Assembly (NCBI GenBank): GCA_964019335.1
Contig: OZ025689.1
Location: 62,001-126,000 of the forward strand
DNA: 64,000 bases
Reading direction: 5' to 3'
Source of the DNA: Diplonema japonicum
Taxonomy: Eukaryota > Protista > Euglenozoa: Diplonemea
Under the pieces are notes generated by a model. That model was not told the DNA's origin. It ran no database searches and saw only the letters and a list, made by a program, of their open reading frames with translations. A program made the translations under genes and the position numbers. Below, one piece after another: positions 23,916 to 36,195 of this stretch (within the stretch, counting starts at the first letter, position 1; every line of letters starts with the position of its first letter).

Positions 23916-24755
23916 TCAAAACCGTAGCATCTTGTGCAGCCCCACCTCACCGTTCCTGTACCTCCGGTACTGTGGCTTCTTCCATGTGTACATGTTGGCT
24001 AGCGCATCAGCGCACTCCACGAGGTCCTGTGTTGTGGTGTCGAACAGGGTCCACCAGTTGTCAGGGAGCGGCGGGGATTTATGCTTTCGCATGCTGAGGT
24101 AGATGCAGGTGACTGCTAGGATGCAACCGGGGTACCTGCAGTGCAGGTTTGTCCTGTACGAGTCTGAGAGGATGTCCCAGGCTGTCTGCGGGACGCTTGA
24201 GTCGTTCCAGTCGAACTGCAGGATCTTGCAGTACAGCAGGAGGTGGCAGTACACAGGTTCATGGTGCACCGACAGCGAGATGCTGTGCAGCAGCTTTGTC
24301 TCGGCGGCAACGACCTCTTGCTTTACTTCGAAGTAGTCACGGCTACCTGTGTCGATGGTGCGCAGTTCCCGCACCTCAGACCGCCGCTGAAGGCATCGGT
24401 GTAGCGCCGACAGCAACTGTGGAAAGTGATATTGAGACAGGGAGCATGAACATACCTTCCGGAACTTCACCTGACAATCATCTAACTTGCTTGCGACCCA
24501 TAGGCACGTTACAGCGGCCACCACCACGTCGTACTGCTTTAGGGACACCACAAAGTACAGTCGTTGCAGCATCACCTGCGCCCTTGCCAAGCACCCTACA
24601 TGAAACCCAAGCAGCACCCCCGTGTCCCTAATTAGGTCACACCCATAAGCCCTTTGCTCTTCCTCCGCCCTGTCCGACACGCCGTCCTTGTAGCTGGGCG
24701 TTCTCCTCAGCTCCTCATGCGACACGATGTCATAGTACTCTGAGACATCTCCCAT
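23916..24755 (-). CDS. Cyclin L-like transcriptional cyclin; probable in-frame intron 24417-24455 (39 nt)
   Basis: TPSYKDGV..EEQRAYGCDLI, AQVMLQRLY, LWVASKL, AWDILSDSYRT, PLPDNWWTLFD. Confidence 0.85.
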   Translation of the reverse strand: MGDVSEYYDIVSHEELRRTPSYKDGVSDRAEEEQRAYGCDLIRDTGVLLGFHVGCLARAQVMLQRLYFVVSLKQYDVVVAAVTCLWVASKLDDCQVKFRKVCSCSLSQYHFPQLLSALHRCLQRRSEVRELRTIDTGSRDYFEVKQEVVAAETKLLHSISLSVHHEPVYCHLLLYCKILQFDWNDSSVPQTAWDILSDSYRTNLHCRYPGCILAVTCIYLSMRKHKSPPLPDNWWTLFDTTTQDLVECADALANMYTWKKPQYRRYRNGEVGLHKMLRF

Positions 24756-24885
24756 TTCTGAAGTGAAGGTGATCAGCTGTTGACAAGATTCTGTAAGGGG
24801 AATACACAAAATGGGGGGAGGGGTGGAAACCCCTCTTTTTCTTTTTTATTTTCTTTTTACTTTTACTTCCCCCCAGTCAAAAAAA

Positions 24886-25709
24886 TTATCTCCTCTTTTT
24901 CTTAATTTTAGGGAGCCTGGGCGCAGGGGTGCGGAGCGTTCGGCGTTTAAGCAACAGCGCAGTGGCCTCGATCTCTTGTTTCCTGAGCAGGCAGCCGCGG
25001 CTGGTCGCCTCGTCGTCGATGAGCTGCTTTTTGTAAGACAGAAGGAGATGCGGCGACAGGGCCCCCTGCCTATTTTTTTTTCTTCTTTTTTTTTTCTGTT
25101 TTCTAAAAAAAGAATTTCATACTTCTTTTTTGTGGCGAACGATTGAAGGAAGAGGGTAAGCCGTCTCTCGGCGAGGGTAGAGGCTTCCTTGAGAATCCGA
25201 AACTGCTGGCTGGCTTCGTGCTCGATTTCCTGCCTCATTCTGTTCTCTTTCTGCGACAGCAAGCTGAGATGCTTCAGCAGCGCGAGCGTGTTCTTCTGAG
25301 CTGCCATCAGCCTCTGGTACCCACAAGTCTTGTTCATTACACTATCGCGTTCCTCAAGGGTGGAAACACGCAAATAACTCCTGAGCTGTTCGGCAGCCTC
25401 TGCATTTCTGTATGCTATGATCCGCTTTTCATCTGCAACTGCGTCAGTCTGCTCTTTACGGAGCTCTTGAAGCTGGGTGAAGTGTCTCTTCTTAAAGGTA
25501 AGGTACGCGGCCTTCCTATCCTGTACCCTCTGCTGCATATCGATGCATAGCTGTTCTTTGTACTGCTGCTGTGCCTTTGCCTTCTTCCTTGTTAGGATAA
25601 CCATATCTTCAAGTACTTTCTTTGTCACATAAACGTCTGCTAGGCCTTCCAACGCAACGCATTTGCTTACTATTATGTTCCCCCCTTTCCTCTTCGGGTG
25701 CAAGGGCAT
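24886..25709 (-). CDS. Hypothetical basic coiled-coil protein; intron 25070-25122 (53 nt)
   Basis: ATG (MPLHPKR) to GTATGA...AATAG intron, then an open last exon ending RLPKIKKKRR*. Confidence 0.65.
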
Positions 25710-26558
25710 GGTTGCATATGTGAGAAAAGGGGGGGGGGTTCCTTTTTTTTTTATTATGATTTTTCTTTTTGAGAAGAATGAAAAAAGAAAAAAAGAGTAA
25801 TAAAAGTATCGATCACAGGGCGTAGCTGTCAAAAAAAAAGGGGGGGAAAGAAAGAATCATTGTTCTTTCTTTTTTCTTCTGTATCTATATTTCTTGTTTC
25901 GTTCTCTTTTTTTTTTCCCCCCTGGCACGTTTTTCCTTTTTTTTAAAAAAAGGATGTATTTTTGAACTTAAAAAAAAAAAAAACTGACGGTGGAGAGCGG
26001 TATTTCTTTTTTTTCCTCAATGGGCGAGCCTGGGGGGGTGGTGGTGTAGACAGTGGTAGTTACTCAAGTGCAAAAACACACACGAGAAAGAAAGGGGGGA
26101 AAAAAAACAAAAGAGGTGAGAACGAAAGAAATATTGACCTCAGAAGGGGTGGGAGGGGGAGAATGGGCAATTCTCTTTTCTTCTTCTTCAGGCACTTTTG
26201 GCTGAAAGGCAAAAACCTCTTTTCTTTCTTTATTTTCTTGTTATTTCTTTTTTTTTTTCGTTTGGCAAGAACAACCACACTTCTTTTTTAACCTTTTGTC
26301 GCCTCAATCTCAATTATCAAGTGAACGGCAGAAAAAAAAAAAAGAAAAAGAAAAAAAAAGAACCTGAAAGAGCAACTCACAAAGCTGGGACAGAAAAAAA
26401 AAAAAAAAAAACGGGGGAGAAAAAAAAATCTTTTTTTTAAATGAATCACAACTGACCACCATCTCCCTCAAGATCAGCACTCACATCGAGGTCATTCCCG
26501 TCAATATCCTGGAATTTTCATTTCTATTTTTTCTATCCCCCCCCCACCTCCCATCTAA

Positions 26559-28252
26559 TCATACCTGCATTCCAAGCCCGGATGAAAGTAATTCTGGGTT
26601 CGCTTTCAAAAAGGACTGCTCTAGATGGAGGCACCACTTCATGAAAATAGGAGATGAGTCAAAGCAGAGTGTTACAGGGGGTTTAATGAAGGGCCCAGCC
26701 ACCTCCAGTGCATAGGGGTTCTCGGGGTCGTTCTTGAGAGATGTTAACAAAGCGTCTTTAAGAGGGATGATAGCAGTGCCTGCAGGGGAGTCCTTGTTAG
26801 GGCGGAGTGTCAAGAAGCCAGCATGTAGTGTGATCCATCTGCGTGCCCAGTCGCCTTTGGAGAACCAAGCGTTCGCCGACTTCGACACCACGTACCCTTT
26901 CAGCACACAAGGGTGCGCATCCTCAGCCTTCACTTTCGCATCGTTGTTCGGGACCACCGGTCTTGCATTCGCCTTCGCAACCTGATGGGAAAAAGTTATT
27001 TTTTCTTTTTAGTTTTTATTTTTGTGCTGACCTCAATGCATGCTTCCCTCTCCGACTTGTTCAGCCTAGTCGCTGGGTCGGCCTTCACGGAACCCAGTCT
27101 TATCTTCGCCACCCACATGTTTCTGTCGTACTCCGACTCGCACACGAAGTTGTGAACCCCGTCGACGCCTTTCACGCTGAACGTCTTTCCTGTACGTGCA
27201 TTACTGCCTTCGAAGTTGCTCGTTTCAACTGTCTTCCCCCTCAGCGATAGCTCCTGTGTGGTGGTGGTGATAGGTAGGTGGGTGGGTAGGTGGGTGGGTG
27301 GGCATACTCTTTCAAACTCACATTCCGAAGGATCCGACGCGAAGTACAGCTTGTTCTCCAGCACCATGAGCCACTGCTTCTTCACAGTAGCCTGCAGCCA
27401 CCCCATCTCGTGTGCCCACACGAACCCCGAGAAATACACGTTCTCGTTCACCAGCAGATCGAACACAGTGCCACCCGCCTGCTCGGGGCTCTTCCGCAGC
27501 TCGCTCACCGGCACCTCCGCCCATTCCTCCCCGTCGGGGAACCTCACGCAGTACGTGTTCTTCTTGTCACCAACCACCACCACGGCATCGTCCCATCTGG
27601 GTTCGTTGGAACCCTCCACGCACCTCACCTGCACGTGCTCACCCGCCTTGAACACCTGTTTCCTCTCCTCTTCCTGCTTGGCGAGCTCGTCTGCGAACTG
27701 CACTTTGTGCGAGCTGCTTGAGTTTGTCGTCTGTGGTGTTGAAGGTGCAAGGTTCGACGTGGGGCTCTTCACCGGGCTCTGCGGCACCAGCGGTGGCTTC
27801 TCAGCCATGGACGACGACAGGTTGGACAACGCAGGCGAGTTGATGATACTGTCCTGCGGCGTGGGGGGCGCGGCAGAGGACTCGGCCTTCGAGGGGGGCT
27901 CGGGCTTTATGGCCTTCATCATTGCAGCTTTGCTTTCATGTGAAGATACTACCTTAACAGGACGCGAGTTGGTGGGCTTGACTGTCGGTACCTCTTTCGT
28001 GAAGGCTGACTTCTTGGTGCTGGGGACGGGGGGCTTCCTGCTCTTGTTCCGTCTGGGGGGCTCTTCTTCCTCCTCATCAGAGTACTGCACTTTTACGGAC
28101 CTTTCAAGTCTGCTGAGACGCTGGTTCAGCGCGGCGACCGCGAAGACGCGCGTCCTGCGCTCCTCCTGGAGCTCTTCTCTTAACCGGAGCACCTCTTGCT
28201 GAAGGTCGTAGATGTCGTCTTGGTACGACCTGCCGCGTTGCTGTGCCTTCAT
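26559..28252 (-). CDS. Coiled coil + Tudor-like + two PH domains; introns 27254-27307 (54, in frame) and 26982-27031 (50)
   Basis: FKAGEHVQV..WDDAVV..YCVRFPDG (Tudor/SH3-like); PH signatures KKQWLMV..FVCESEYDRNMWV and WARRWITL..LCFDS..KWCLHL. Confidence 0.8.
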
Positions 28253-28302
28253 GCTGCCCTCCCTTCCTTCCCCTCCTGGGATGTTGTGATGGCTGTGTAA
28301 AC

Positions 28303-28370
28303 TGTTTGCGTGCAATGGTTACAAACCTTCTTCCTATTAGAGATTATTTGTAACACAACACAGTCCAAGA
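28303..28370. repeat. ~70-bp dispersed hairpin element, family D, copy 2
   Basis: tgtttgcgtgcaatggttacaaa...agagattatttgtaacacaacacagtccaaga; GTTACAAA/TTTGTAAC stem. Confidence 0.8.
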
Positions 28371-28423
28371 AAAAACTAAAAAATAAAAATAAAAAAAAAC
28401 GTTCCTGCTGAACACAGCTAGGA

Positions 28424-28942
28424 TTAAGCAGATACTGTGCTATTGAACTTCTGCTGTAGTGCAGCACCAAGGAGATCGGGGTCGATCTCTCTACTAGGTC
28501 TCGACCCTGGGGTAAGGACAGGACTGTCGGTTACATAAATAGATGTAGCAATGTTATTAGAACTGAAGCTGTAGAAGAGTATCCCAAAAATGGTCGTTGT
28601 GCAGATGGCTGCGGTGAGGGCTATGAGGGTGAATGTATTGTCGACCGCAGTGCTGTACTTAGCTGATTCGTCCTCCTCTGAGGCCTTCCGAGCTTCCAAA
28701 ACATAATTCTGATGCATTTTTCTCCCAGTTGCCTCTGATTTTATAATCCCGTAAGCTTTGTTGATCACATATGTTCCTGAATAGTCCTGCTCCCCTTCTC
28801 CCTGATGTTTGCTGTTTGCTTTGCATGCTTTTCTGTAATTCTCTTCAAACAGCTCTTCATTTACTTCCCCTGTCTCCGGCAGGTTAAGGATCCTTCTTGC
28901 CTCTATCACTGTCATCAGTCTGACAGGAACTCTACGCAGCAT
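28424..28942 (-). CDS. Pam16/Tim16-like J-like protein (no HPD) with C-terminal TM, probably mitochondrial
   Basis: MLRR presequence-like start; MTVIEARRILNL..Y.K....N......GT...INKAY resembles Pam16/Pam18 J-like folds; TM FTLIALTAAICTTTIFGILFY. Confidence 0.6.
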   Translation of the reverse strand: MLRRVPVRLMTVIEARRILNLPETGEVNEELFEENYRKACKANSKHQGEGEQDYSGTYVINKAYGIIKSEATGRKMHQNYVLEARKASEEDESAKYSTAVDNTFTLIALTAAICTTTIFGILFYSFSSNNIATSIYVTDSPVLTPGSRPSREIDPDLLGAALQQKFNSTVSA

Positions 28943-28943
28943 T

Positions 28944-28975
<32 letters not shown>

Positions 28976-29300
28976 CCTTGTTCTTCTTTTCTTTTTTTTT
29001 TCCCCTTTTCTCTTTTCTACATGAAGTAGGAATTGGGGGAAGAAAGCGATAAAGAAGAACCGTAACAGAAAAAAAAAAAAAAAAAAAGGGAAAAAAAAAA
29101 GTAAAAAAGAATGAGGAAAGAAGTTCTTCTTTCTTTTTTTTATTTTGGTTTGGCTTTGGTCTCCCCCCTGTTTCCTTTCCCCCCTTTAACTGTCTTCTTC
29201 CAAGCCAATAAAGAAAGGGAACATCTCGCCTATTTGTGTGCATTACCTTCTGCCTTTTTCTTCAACTCTCTCCCCGACCGTGCGGAAGAAAAGATGAATA

Positions 29301-29440
29301 AAAATAATTCTTTATGACTATATGTCTTTGTTGTTCGCACGAGCAAAAAAGATTTTTAAAAAGCTGCGAAAGTTTTTTGCTCGGCACAAGTTGCATATAG
29401 TTATAAAATCATTTTTTGAAAGATAAATATTTGTAACAAA
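29301..29440 (+). mobile_element. ~140-bp AT-rich foldback (MITE-like) element, family C, copy 1
   Basis: Near-identical inverted copy at 56933-57074. Nested inverted arms 29311-29324/29394-29407 and 29340-29350/29373-29383. Confidence 0.7.
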
Positions 29441-29672
29441 AAAAAAAAAAAAAAAAAAAAAAACGAAACTCTATTTGAACGAGAAGCGAAAAATGACAGG
29501 GGAATTTCCTTTTTTTTTTTCCTTTTATAACACATCCCCTACTCATCCCACTTCCCGCCTTCCATTCCTCCCCCCCAGGAAGGGGGGCTTCTTTTCTCTT
29601 GTCTTCTCTTTTTATTTTAAGGGTCTATTGTCGAAGAAGGGAAGTAAAACAAAAACAAAAAAAAACTTAAAG

Positions 29673-30572
29673 TTAGATAGGATTGCTGGGCCAGGAAATC
29701 CCGTTGACATCGCCTTGCAGATCAGAGTAAACGTTGCCGAGGGCGAACTCACGGAAGTTGAGAGGGTTGGACGAACCACTGAGAAGATTCTTACTGCTAG
29801 AATCCGTGCCGTAGAAGCTCATGAGGATCTATTTTTTTTTTTTCTTTTTCTTCTTTTTCTTTTCTTTCTTCCCCCCACACACACCTTCACATCTGAACCT
29901 GTAGCATTGCATGTTGCGCAGTTGTACCTGCCATTCTCCCCAATGCAGAAGGCAGACCCATCAAACGCGCACGAGTCACCACTTGAAGAACAAGTGTTCA
30001 CGAAACCAGTGCCGATTGGGTCAGCGTTCTGTTGTATGTATTTTATGGAATGGAACAACAAAGGGCAATACCTTGTACCGGTAGTTCCCGTCCTTCATGG
30101 TCATGTTGAAGATCAGGAAGGTGGCCACGGCACCTGACCCTGGGCAGTTGGTGTTGTTCCCGTCCCACACCATGACGGAGGCGTCCTGGTCCACTTCAGG
30201 GAAGCGCACCTCAGAGGACTTCCCTGCTCCGAATACTGAAGCGTAGAGCTTGACGTTCTTTGTCTCCCTGAAGTCTGCCAGGCTCCCGTTGGCATCGAAG
30301 GCAGTGAACTCGTCCACCTTCGGGCAGAAGAAGTACGTCTTGTACGGGACTGCCTCTGTGTACGGCCCGTAATCCTGCCCGTCCTGAGGTGTCGTGACGC
30401 CCCCTTGTGTGTCTCCTATCATGAGCCTGTAGTCCATGTGGTTCCCAGCGTCGCACGCCTTCGACACGCCACCCGGCTCCGCCCACGTCCACGGCGTGCA
30501 CTGGTCGGAGCACTCCATCGCCCCTTCCGCAGAGAGAAGGAACACCACAAGCAAGGCAAAGAACAGCTTCAT
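29673..30572 (-). CDS. Secreted Cys-containing hypothetical protein; introns 30029-30071 (43) and 29829-29884 (56)
   Basis: Signal peptide MKLFFALLVVFLLSAEG. Splicing gives a continuous frame ending ...FYGTDSSSKNLLSGSSNPLNFREF...SNPI*. Confidence 0.8.
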
Positions 30573-30830
30573 TTTTTCTTTTTTTTTTTTGTGTGTGTTT
30601 GCTTCTTCTATCCTGTTGAGCAGACTTATTACAGGGGACAGGGGACAGGACGGGGTTGCGACCATCGACATTCATTGCATTTGAGACTGTTTTCTTTTAT
30701 TATTATTATTCTCAAACTTGCAAATATCAACGGCGACCGCTTACTACACGGCTGGTAGAAAATTTAAAAAAAAAAGAAAAAAAAATACAAGCAAGAAAGA
30801 CGGTGAAAAAGGGGGGCAGGGGACGCTATT

Positions 30831-31388
30831 TCAAACACCCTCAAACGCAACCCCAGCCCCACTCTCTCCTTGTTCCACAGGAAGGGGCGACTTGTCGATG
30901 GTGAACAGAGGAGTGGTCCGAGGGACCTCTACGGGGCGTGGTTCTGCCCCACGCGGCGTCTTGCTAATAACATCGAGGACAAGGGTGATGTAGGAGAGCA
31001 GGATGGGGGCGGAGAAGGGACCGGTTAGGGCGTCGGTGTGGGGGTGGCTACCATCACCTTCCGAAGGGTCTGAAGCCACCTTAGGTGACATGAACCTGAC
31101 CCGTTTCTGATCGTAATAAAACATCACAGCAGGTGTGCCCACTATGATGCTGTTCTGCCGTGCCCACTTCCAGTCACCTTCTTCATCTACAAAGCCGAGA
31201 CGCACCTTGACCCTACTCTTCAGTCTTTTGACTTCTTCCGCTACTTCCATTGCTGCTAGCAGAGACATCTTACTGCAAGGCAGCCAGTCTACCGCATGTA
31301 CCACTACTGTCAGTCCTTCTGTCCTTATCATCCCTCCTACCTCTGTAGTGGCCCAGTTCTCTGGAACTTCCTTATCTATTGTTTTCAT
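30831..31388 (-). CDS. Thioredoxin-like fold hypothetical protein (start uncertain)
   Basis: VVVHAVDWLPCSKM...FVDEE...IVGTPAVMFY resembles a Trx fold without the full CxxC. Confidence 0.6.
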   Translation of the reverse strand: MKTIDKEVPENWATTEVGGMIRTEGLTVVVHAVDWLPCSKMSLLAAMEVAEEVKRLKSRVKVRLGFVDEEGDWKWARQNSIIVGTPAVMFYYDQKRVRFMSPKVASDPSEGDGSHPHTDALTGPFSAPILLSYITLVLDVISKTPRGAEPRPVEVPRTTPLFTIDKSPLPVEQGESGAGVAFEGV

Positions 31389-32162
31389 TGTGTGTTGTGT
31401 TGTGTTGTGTTGTGTTACCCCACTATGGATGAGGACATGAGAACCCACTTGAAGGAGCGATTATAAAAACCTTTTAAAAAAAAAAAATAAAGAAAAAAAA
31501 ATATAAGAAACAAGATTCTTTTTTCTTCTTCTCGTACTTTTATATAAAAAAAAAGATAATAAATAAAGTAAAAAAAAAGGGGGGGGTTTCTGGTGTTGCT
31601 CACACTCGCTCACTTTTTCTGGGGGGTTCTCGTTTTGTGGTTTCTTTTTTTTTTTTTATTTCGTTTTTTTTTTTTTTCCTTTTTTTCTTTTTTACTCAAA
31701 GAGTGAAGGTGGTGGAATTGGGAAGCGAAAAAGAAAATATTTGAAAGATAAAAAAAAAATCACACAAATCTTTCGTATTTTCCTTTTCATTTTCATTTCT
31801 TTTTTTCATTTTTTTTTTAAACGAGAGGTGGTAAAGAGAGCTACATTCGAGTGGAGCAAACCGAAATAAAAAAAAAATGGAGAGGGAGAAAAGGGAGGGA
31901 TGTGTTCTTTGTAAAAAAAAAAAAAAAAAAAAAAAGTGTTTTAATCCCTTTTTTTTTTTTCTTCTTTTTCTTCCAAAAATGCGAGAGGATCTTCGTTTTA
32001 GGAAGTTTTTTTTTTTTTTTTTCCCATTTTTTTTTTTCCCATTTTTTTTTTTCTTTAACCATCTACCAAGGCCCACCAGGGGCAGATTTCTGTAAAGGCC
32101 ATATGTAACGATGAGTGCCTGTTCATCTTAAGAAAGCAAAGCATTACAAGTTACGGGCCGAA

Positions 32163-32200
<38 letters not shown>

Positions 32201-32871
32201 TGCTTATTTACATAAAGCTCGTTAGTAGAAGGGTTGAATACTCATATGGCACAAAAAGAAAAAAAGAAAAGAAAATAAGAAGTACAAGACAAGGCAACTG
32301 TAACACTTTCTGGGGGGGGGGGGTATCGAACCATGTGTTTGATAAAGAAGAAAGACTGAGCTTTTCCCACCATTTTCCAACGTCAGAGCCTTTTCTCTTC
32401 TTTTCCCCCAACCGTAGGTAACTTACTTCGGGGAAAAAAAGAAGAAAACAAAGCGACAAGAGGACAATGGGAAGGGTGCTTTTTTTTTCTTTTCATCCTT
32501 CTTTGATTCTTCCCCCCCCCTTTTTTTTCTTAGCTGCCCCCCCTTTTTTTCTTTTCACAATTTTTTTTTTAAACTCTAACAATTTGAACCCATCCTCTTA
32601 CACAGCTTGAGCAAGAGGAGGTTGGTGGGGGGGGGTATGAGATAAAGGGAGGGAATTGGGATTTCAAAAAAAAAAACGGGGGGGGGGATGGGCTGCTTGG
32701 TGTAATGAAAACAAATAGGCTAGATTGTTTTCTTAACCTTGGGTGCCTCTTCCCTCTTTCTTTTTTTTTCCTCTTTTCCTACCCCCGTTCTTTTTTTTTC
32801 TTTTATGTTTATACCATATCGCCCCTCTCCTGTTCCGCCTTTTTAGTCAATGTTTTCATTAGCTAGTTGTT

Positions 32872-32922
<51 letters not shown>

Positions 32923-33372
32923 TTCTATCGTCCTTCCTTTCTTTTCCTTTTCCCCTTTTTTTTTTTTCATTTTACTTCTTCCCAGACAGCTATGAACAAA
33001 GAAATAATAATAAAAATAAAATAAAGAGCAAGGGAGGGCACGGGAGTGGGGAAAACATCTTTTGAAATTCTGAGAAAGGAAGAAATAGATAAAAAAAAAA
33101 ATATAAAGAAATGGAACAAAAATAATAAATAAAAAAGTACACATATTATGTGCCATAAGGAAGAAGAAGAAGAATAAGAAGGTGTACCTGTCTAAGGGGA
33201 GAGGGAGGGAGGGAAAATCCTTTGTAGGAAAGCTGAAGGATCTCTCCTTCGCCATTTCTTTTTCTTTTTTTCCGTCTTTTTTTTTCTTTTTTAAAAAAAC
33301 TTAAAGCTTTTTCTTCCCTCTATAACATTCTTTTTTATTTATTTATTTTTTTTTTTTTTATCTCTGGAAAAA

Positions 33373-33797
33373 CTAAGCGCAGGTCTGGATCTTAGACCTT
33401 CTGTGGTACTGGTGGCGGGAGTTGACGGCCTGTATTTTTTTTTCTTTTTTTCTCCCTCCATTTTTTTCTTTTTTTTGATGACCTTAGCTTTGACAGCCTG
33501 CTTGTTTTGCCAATGCTTGCCACCCTTTACAACTTCAAGCTTGGGCTTCTGGACTTTCTTTACCTTCTGAACCTCAGTGGGGACCTCATCAGGCATCAGC
33601 TCACGCCTTACGGCCTGAGCGGCCCTTGCACGGGATATGGCGATGGTTGCTCCATTCTCACTTACAGTAGGTGTAGCTGTCACTTCGTCATCGAAGCCAC
33701 TAGGCGAGTCGCGCCGGGCACACGGGTAATCGGCCATTTCCCACGAGGAGCCGTCGTCAGAGGTCATCCCGTCAGACACGATCTCCCAGTCCTCCAT
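33373..33797 (-). CDS. Small hypothetical protein; intron 33430-33482 (53 nt)
   Basis: MEDWEIVSD..SWEMAD acidic W-motifs. Removing GTCATC...TACAG gives ...VKAK|AVNSRHQYHRRSKIQTCA*. Confidence 0.6.
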
Positions 33798-33890
33798 TTT
33801 TTTTTTTTTTTTTTGGGTGTGGAAACCTAAAAGAACATAACAGGAAGATAGAAAAAAAAGTGAACGGGGAAAAAAAAAATGAATCGTTTC

Positions 33891-36085
33891 TTACAAGTGC
33901 CCCTTGTCCTTCATCTCCACAGACGACCACGGGATGTGATCGTAAAGATGCGGCTCCGACGACCCCTCGTTGCTCACGGGTATCATGCTTGCTGCCCTTT
34001 CTGCCATGGCCCCTACTGTCAATGCTGAATCCACGCCGTGCAGGTTGCCCCCTATGGCTGCCCCGTCGACCACGAACAGCCCAGGGTACTTGTATACTTC
34101 GTTGTTGGGGCCGACCACCTTCCCCATGCACGCGCCGCCTGTGATGTCGTCGACCTTGCTTTTCCCCAGCACGCCCTCTACGAGGTGTGTCGCCACAACA
34201 CTTCCGTCAAGCGTGGCGTTGAACTTGGCTGCGATCTTTGCTGCGTGCTCAGGTGCGGCGGACACTTCTTCGCCCTCTGTGTGGATCACCTTTAGGTTGT
34301 TTCCCTTCAACCCCACTGTCATGCTGCCAGTGCAGTCGCGCACCTCGCGAAACAGTAATGTGGTGCCGCTCCAGTCCCCTCTCGTCAGCCATCGGAAGGT
34401 GCCGAAGGGAGACGGCATATTCCTGTATTTCTTTTCAGTTGCACCCTTTTTTTTACCCGACATACCTCAACATTCCGAAAAACGACTTAACAGCCCCGCC
34501 AGCGCCCCCGCTCACACTGGGCCAGTACGCAAACCTGCTGAATGAGCACGATGGGCCGAAGCGTCGTGCCTCGATCCTTCCATTCTCCGTGTGCAGTACA
34601 GTCGTTGTCGTCACGCCAGCCGAGAAGGTCCTTCCGTAGGGCGTCCCTTCGTCAGTGTCGTCGAGTGCTGTGCACGTGACGGTGCTGGTGTGCGGTGCGC
34701 GTACCCCACGGCCCACCTCGTCGGACAGCTCTGGCAGTCCGAGTGGATCGTGCTTCATCTTCAGCAGCAGTTTGTTGGTTTCAACCGTCCCGCAGCAGAT
34801 GGCAACGTTGCGGCTCTTGATCCTCAGCTTCTTGGGCTTCAGGTACTTCGTGTCCGAGATGATGTTGCGGAAGAAAGACCTTTGCACCTCCTCTTTCTGC
34901 TCGACCTCAAGTAGGTATCTGGAGTCATCGTCGTCCGTCGGCTCCCTGTCGTGGTTGCTAGAGTAAGAGGCATACCCAAGGTAACGAACTGCGTTGGCAC
35001 GTGTGGCGGTCATTATGCTGCTGTTGTACCTGTTCTCTGCGAGGAACAGGTAGTTGTTCGGAAGACTGTTCTTGGCGTTGGGTGCGCACCCTGTGCTGCA
35101 CAGCCCACAGCTTGTGCAGGGAGATCTGTTGGGTCCTATGCCGTCGAAGTAAGGATCGCCCCACACCACACGACCCCTCGCCTGTGTCTCGCCGTCAGTG
35201 AAGAGGTCTCTTCGCTGCAGCGCCTGACGTCTTGTCCTGTGAAAGGTGAGTGGTGCGTTTCTACTGTACATACGTGTGTTCTGTGCGGTCAACGTTGTCA
35301 CCCTGCTCCACGTTGCTGTACGGCAACTTCTTCAGCATTGCCTCGCGTGCCTCTACTGATGTCATGCGTTTCATCTCTCGAGCCTTTTGCTTCCCGAAGA
35401 AAATGGCGCAAGTAGCATTTTCGGGTTCTTTCAAACCCAGGTCTCTTGCGGCTTCTGCGAAGAGGCGATCGTTCTCCGTGAAGAAGGGCTGGGTGGTCAC
35501 GCCTAGCATCTTCTTCACCTTGTTGTAGTGGGGCGTCATTTCCGTCTCGCTGAGGATGTCTGCCCATTCGCCTTCCGAAAACACAGAGGGGTCCGGAGTG
35601 CTGAGATGCGCGACGTGGTCAAGAGAGGAGCCACCCAGGCCTACCCCGCACTCAACCACAACAGGCCCAAGTGATCTTGTGTGCTTCTTCCCGCTCATCT
35701 TGAAGAGTGGGTTCCACCGCGTCCCCCACAGTTCCCAATCGTCGTTGGGTGCTTCGCCGTCCCAAGCCCTGCCCTGCTCTAGAAGCAGTACGCTGTAGCC
35801 CTTTTGAGCCATTCTCAAAGCAAAGATACTCCCCCCGTACCCCGACCCTACCACAACATAGTCGTAGATGTTCTCTTGCACAGCTTGGTAGTCATACTGC
35901 TTTCGCTGCACCTTCCTACCGTGCGTGTAGGACACGGAGTTCATTCTGTTCTCAAGCTGCTCATTCTGCTTCCTTTCTAGCATCCTTGCAAAAGCGGCTT
36001 CCTGCTTCCTTTTTATCTCTTCGTCATTGTTGCCGTCTTTCTTCCATCTCCTCTGCCGCACGAGTGCGTTTCCGAAGCGCTTCAT
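33891..36085 (-). CDS. GMC oxidoreductase, cholesterol oxidase (ChoD)-like; introns 35237-35273 (37) and 34423-34465 (43)
   Basis: YDYVVVGSGYGGS, LLLEQGR, GVGLGGSSL, DPYFDGIGPNRSPCTSCGLCSTGC..NAKNSL..NYL, YPGLFVVDG..LTVGAMAERA. Confidence 0.85.
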
Positions 36086-36195
36086 TTAACCTGCGATGTC
36101 GCAATGGGCGGAATTAGGAAATCAGGAGAGAAGAAAAAAAAAGCTTTGCAAGAATGCAAAGTACGTGTAGTGATAAAAAGCATGTTGAAGGCGTG

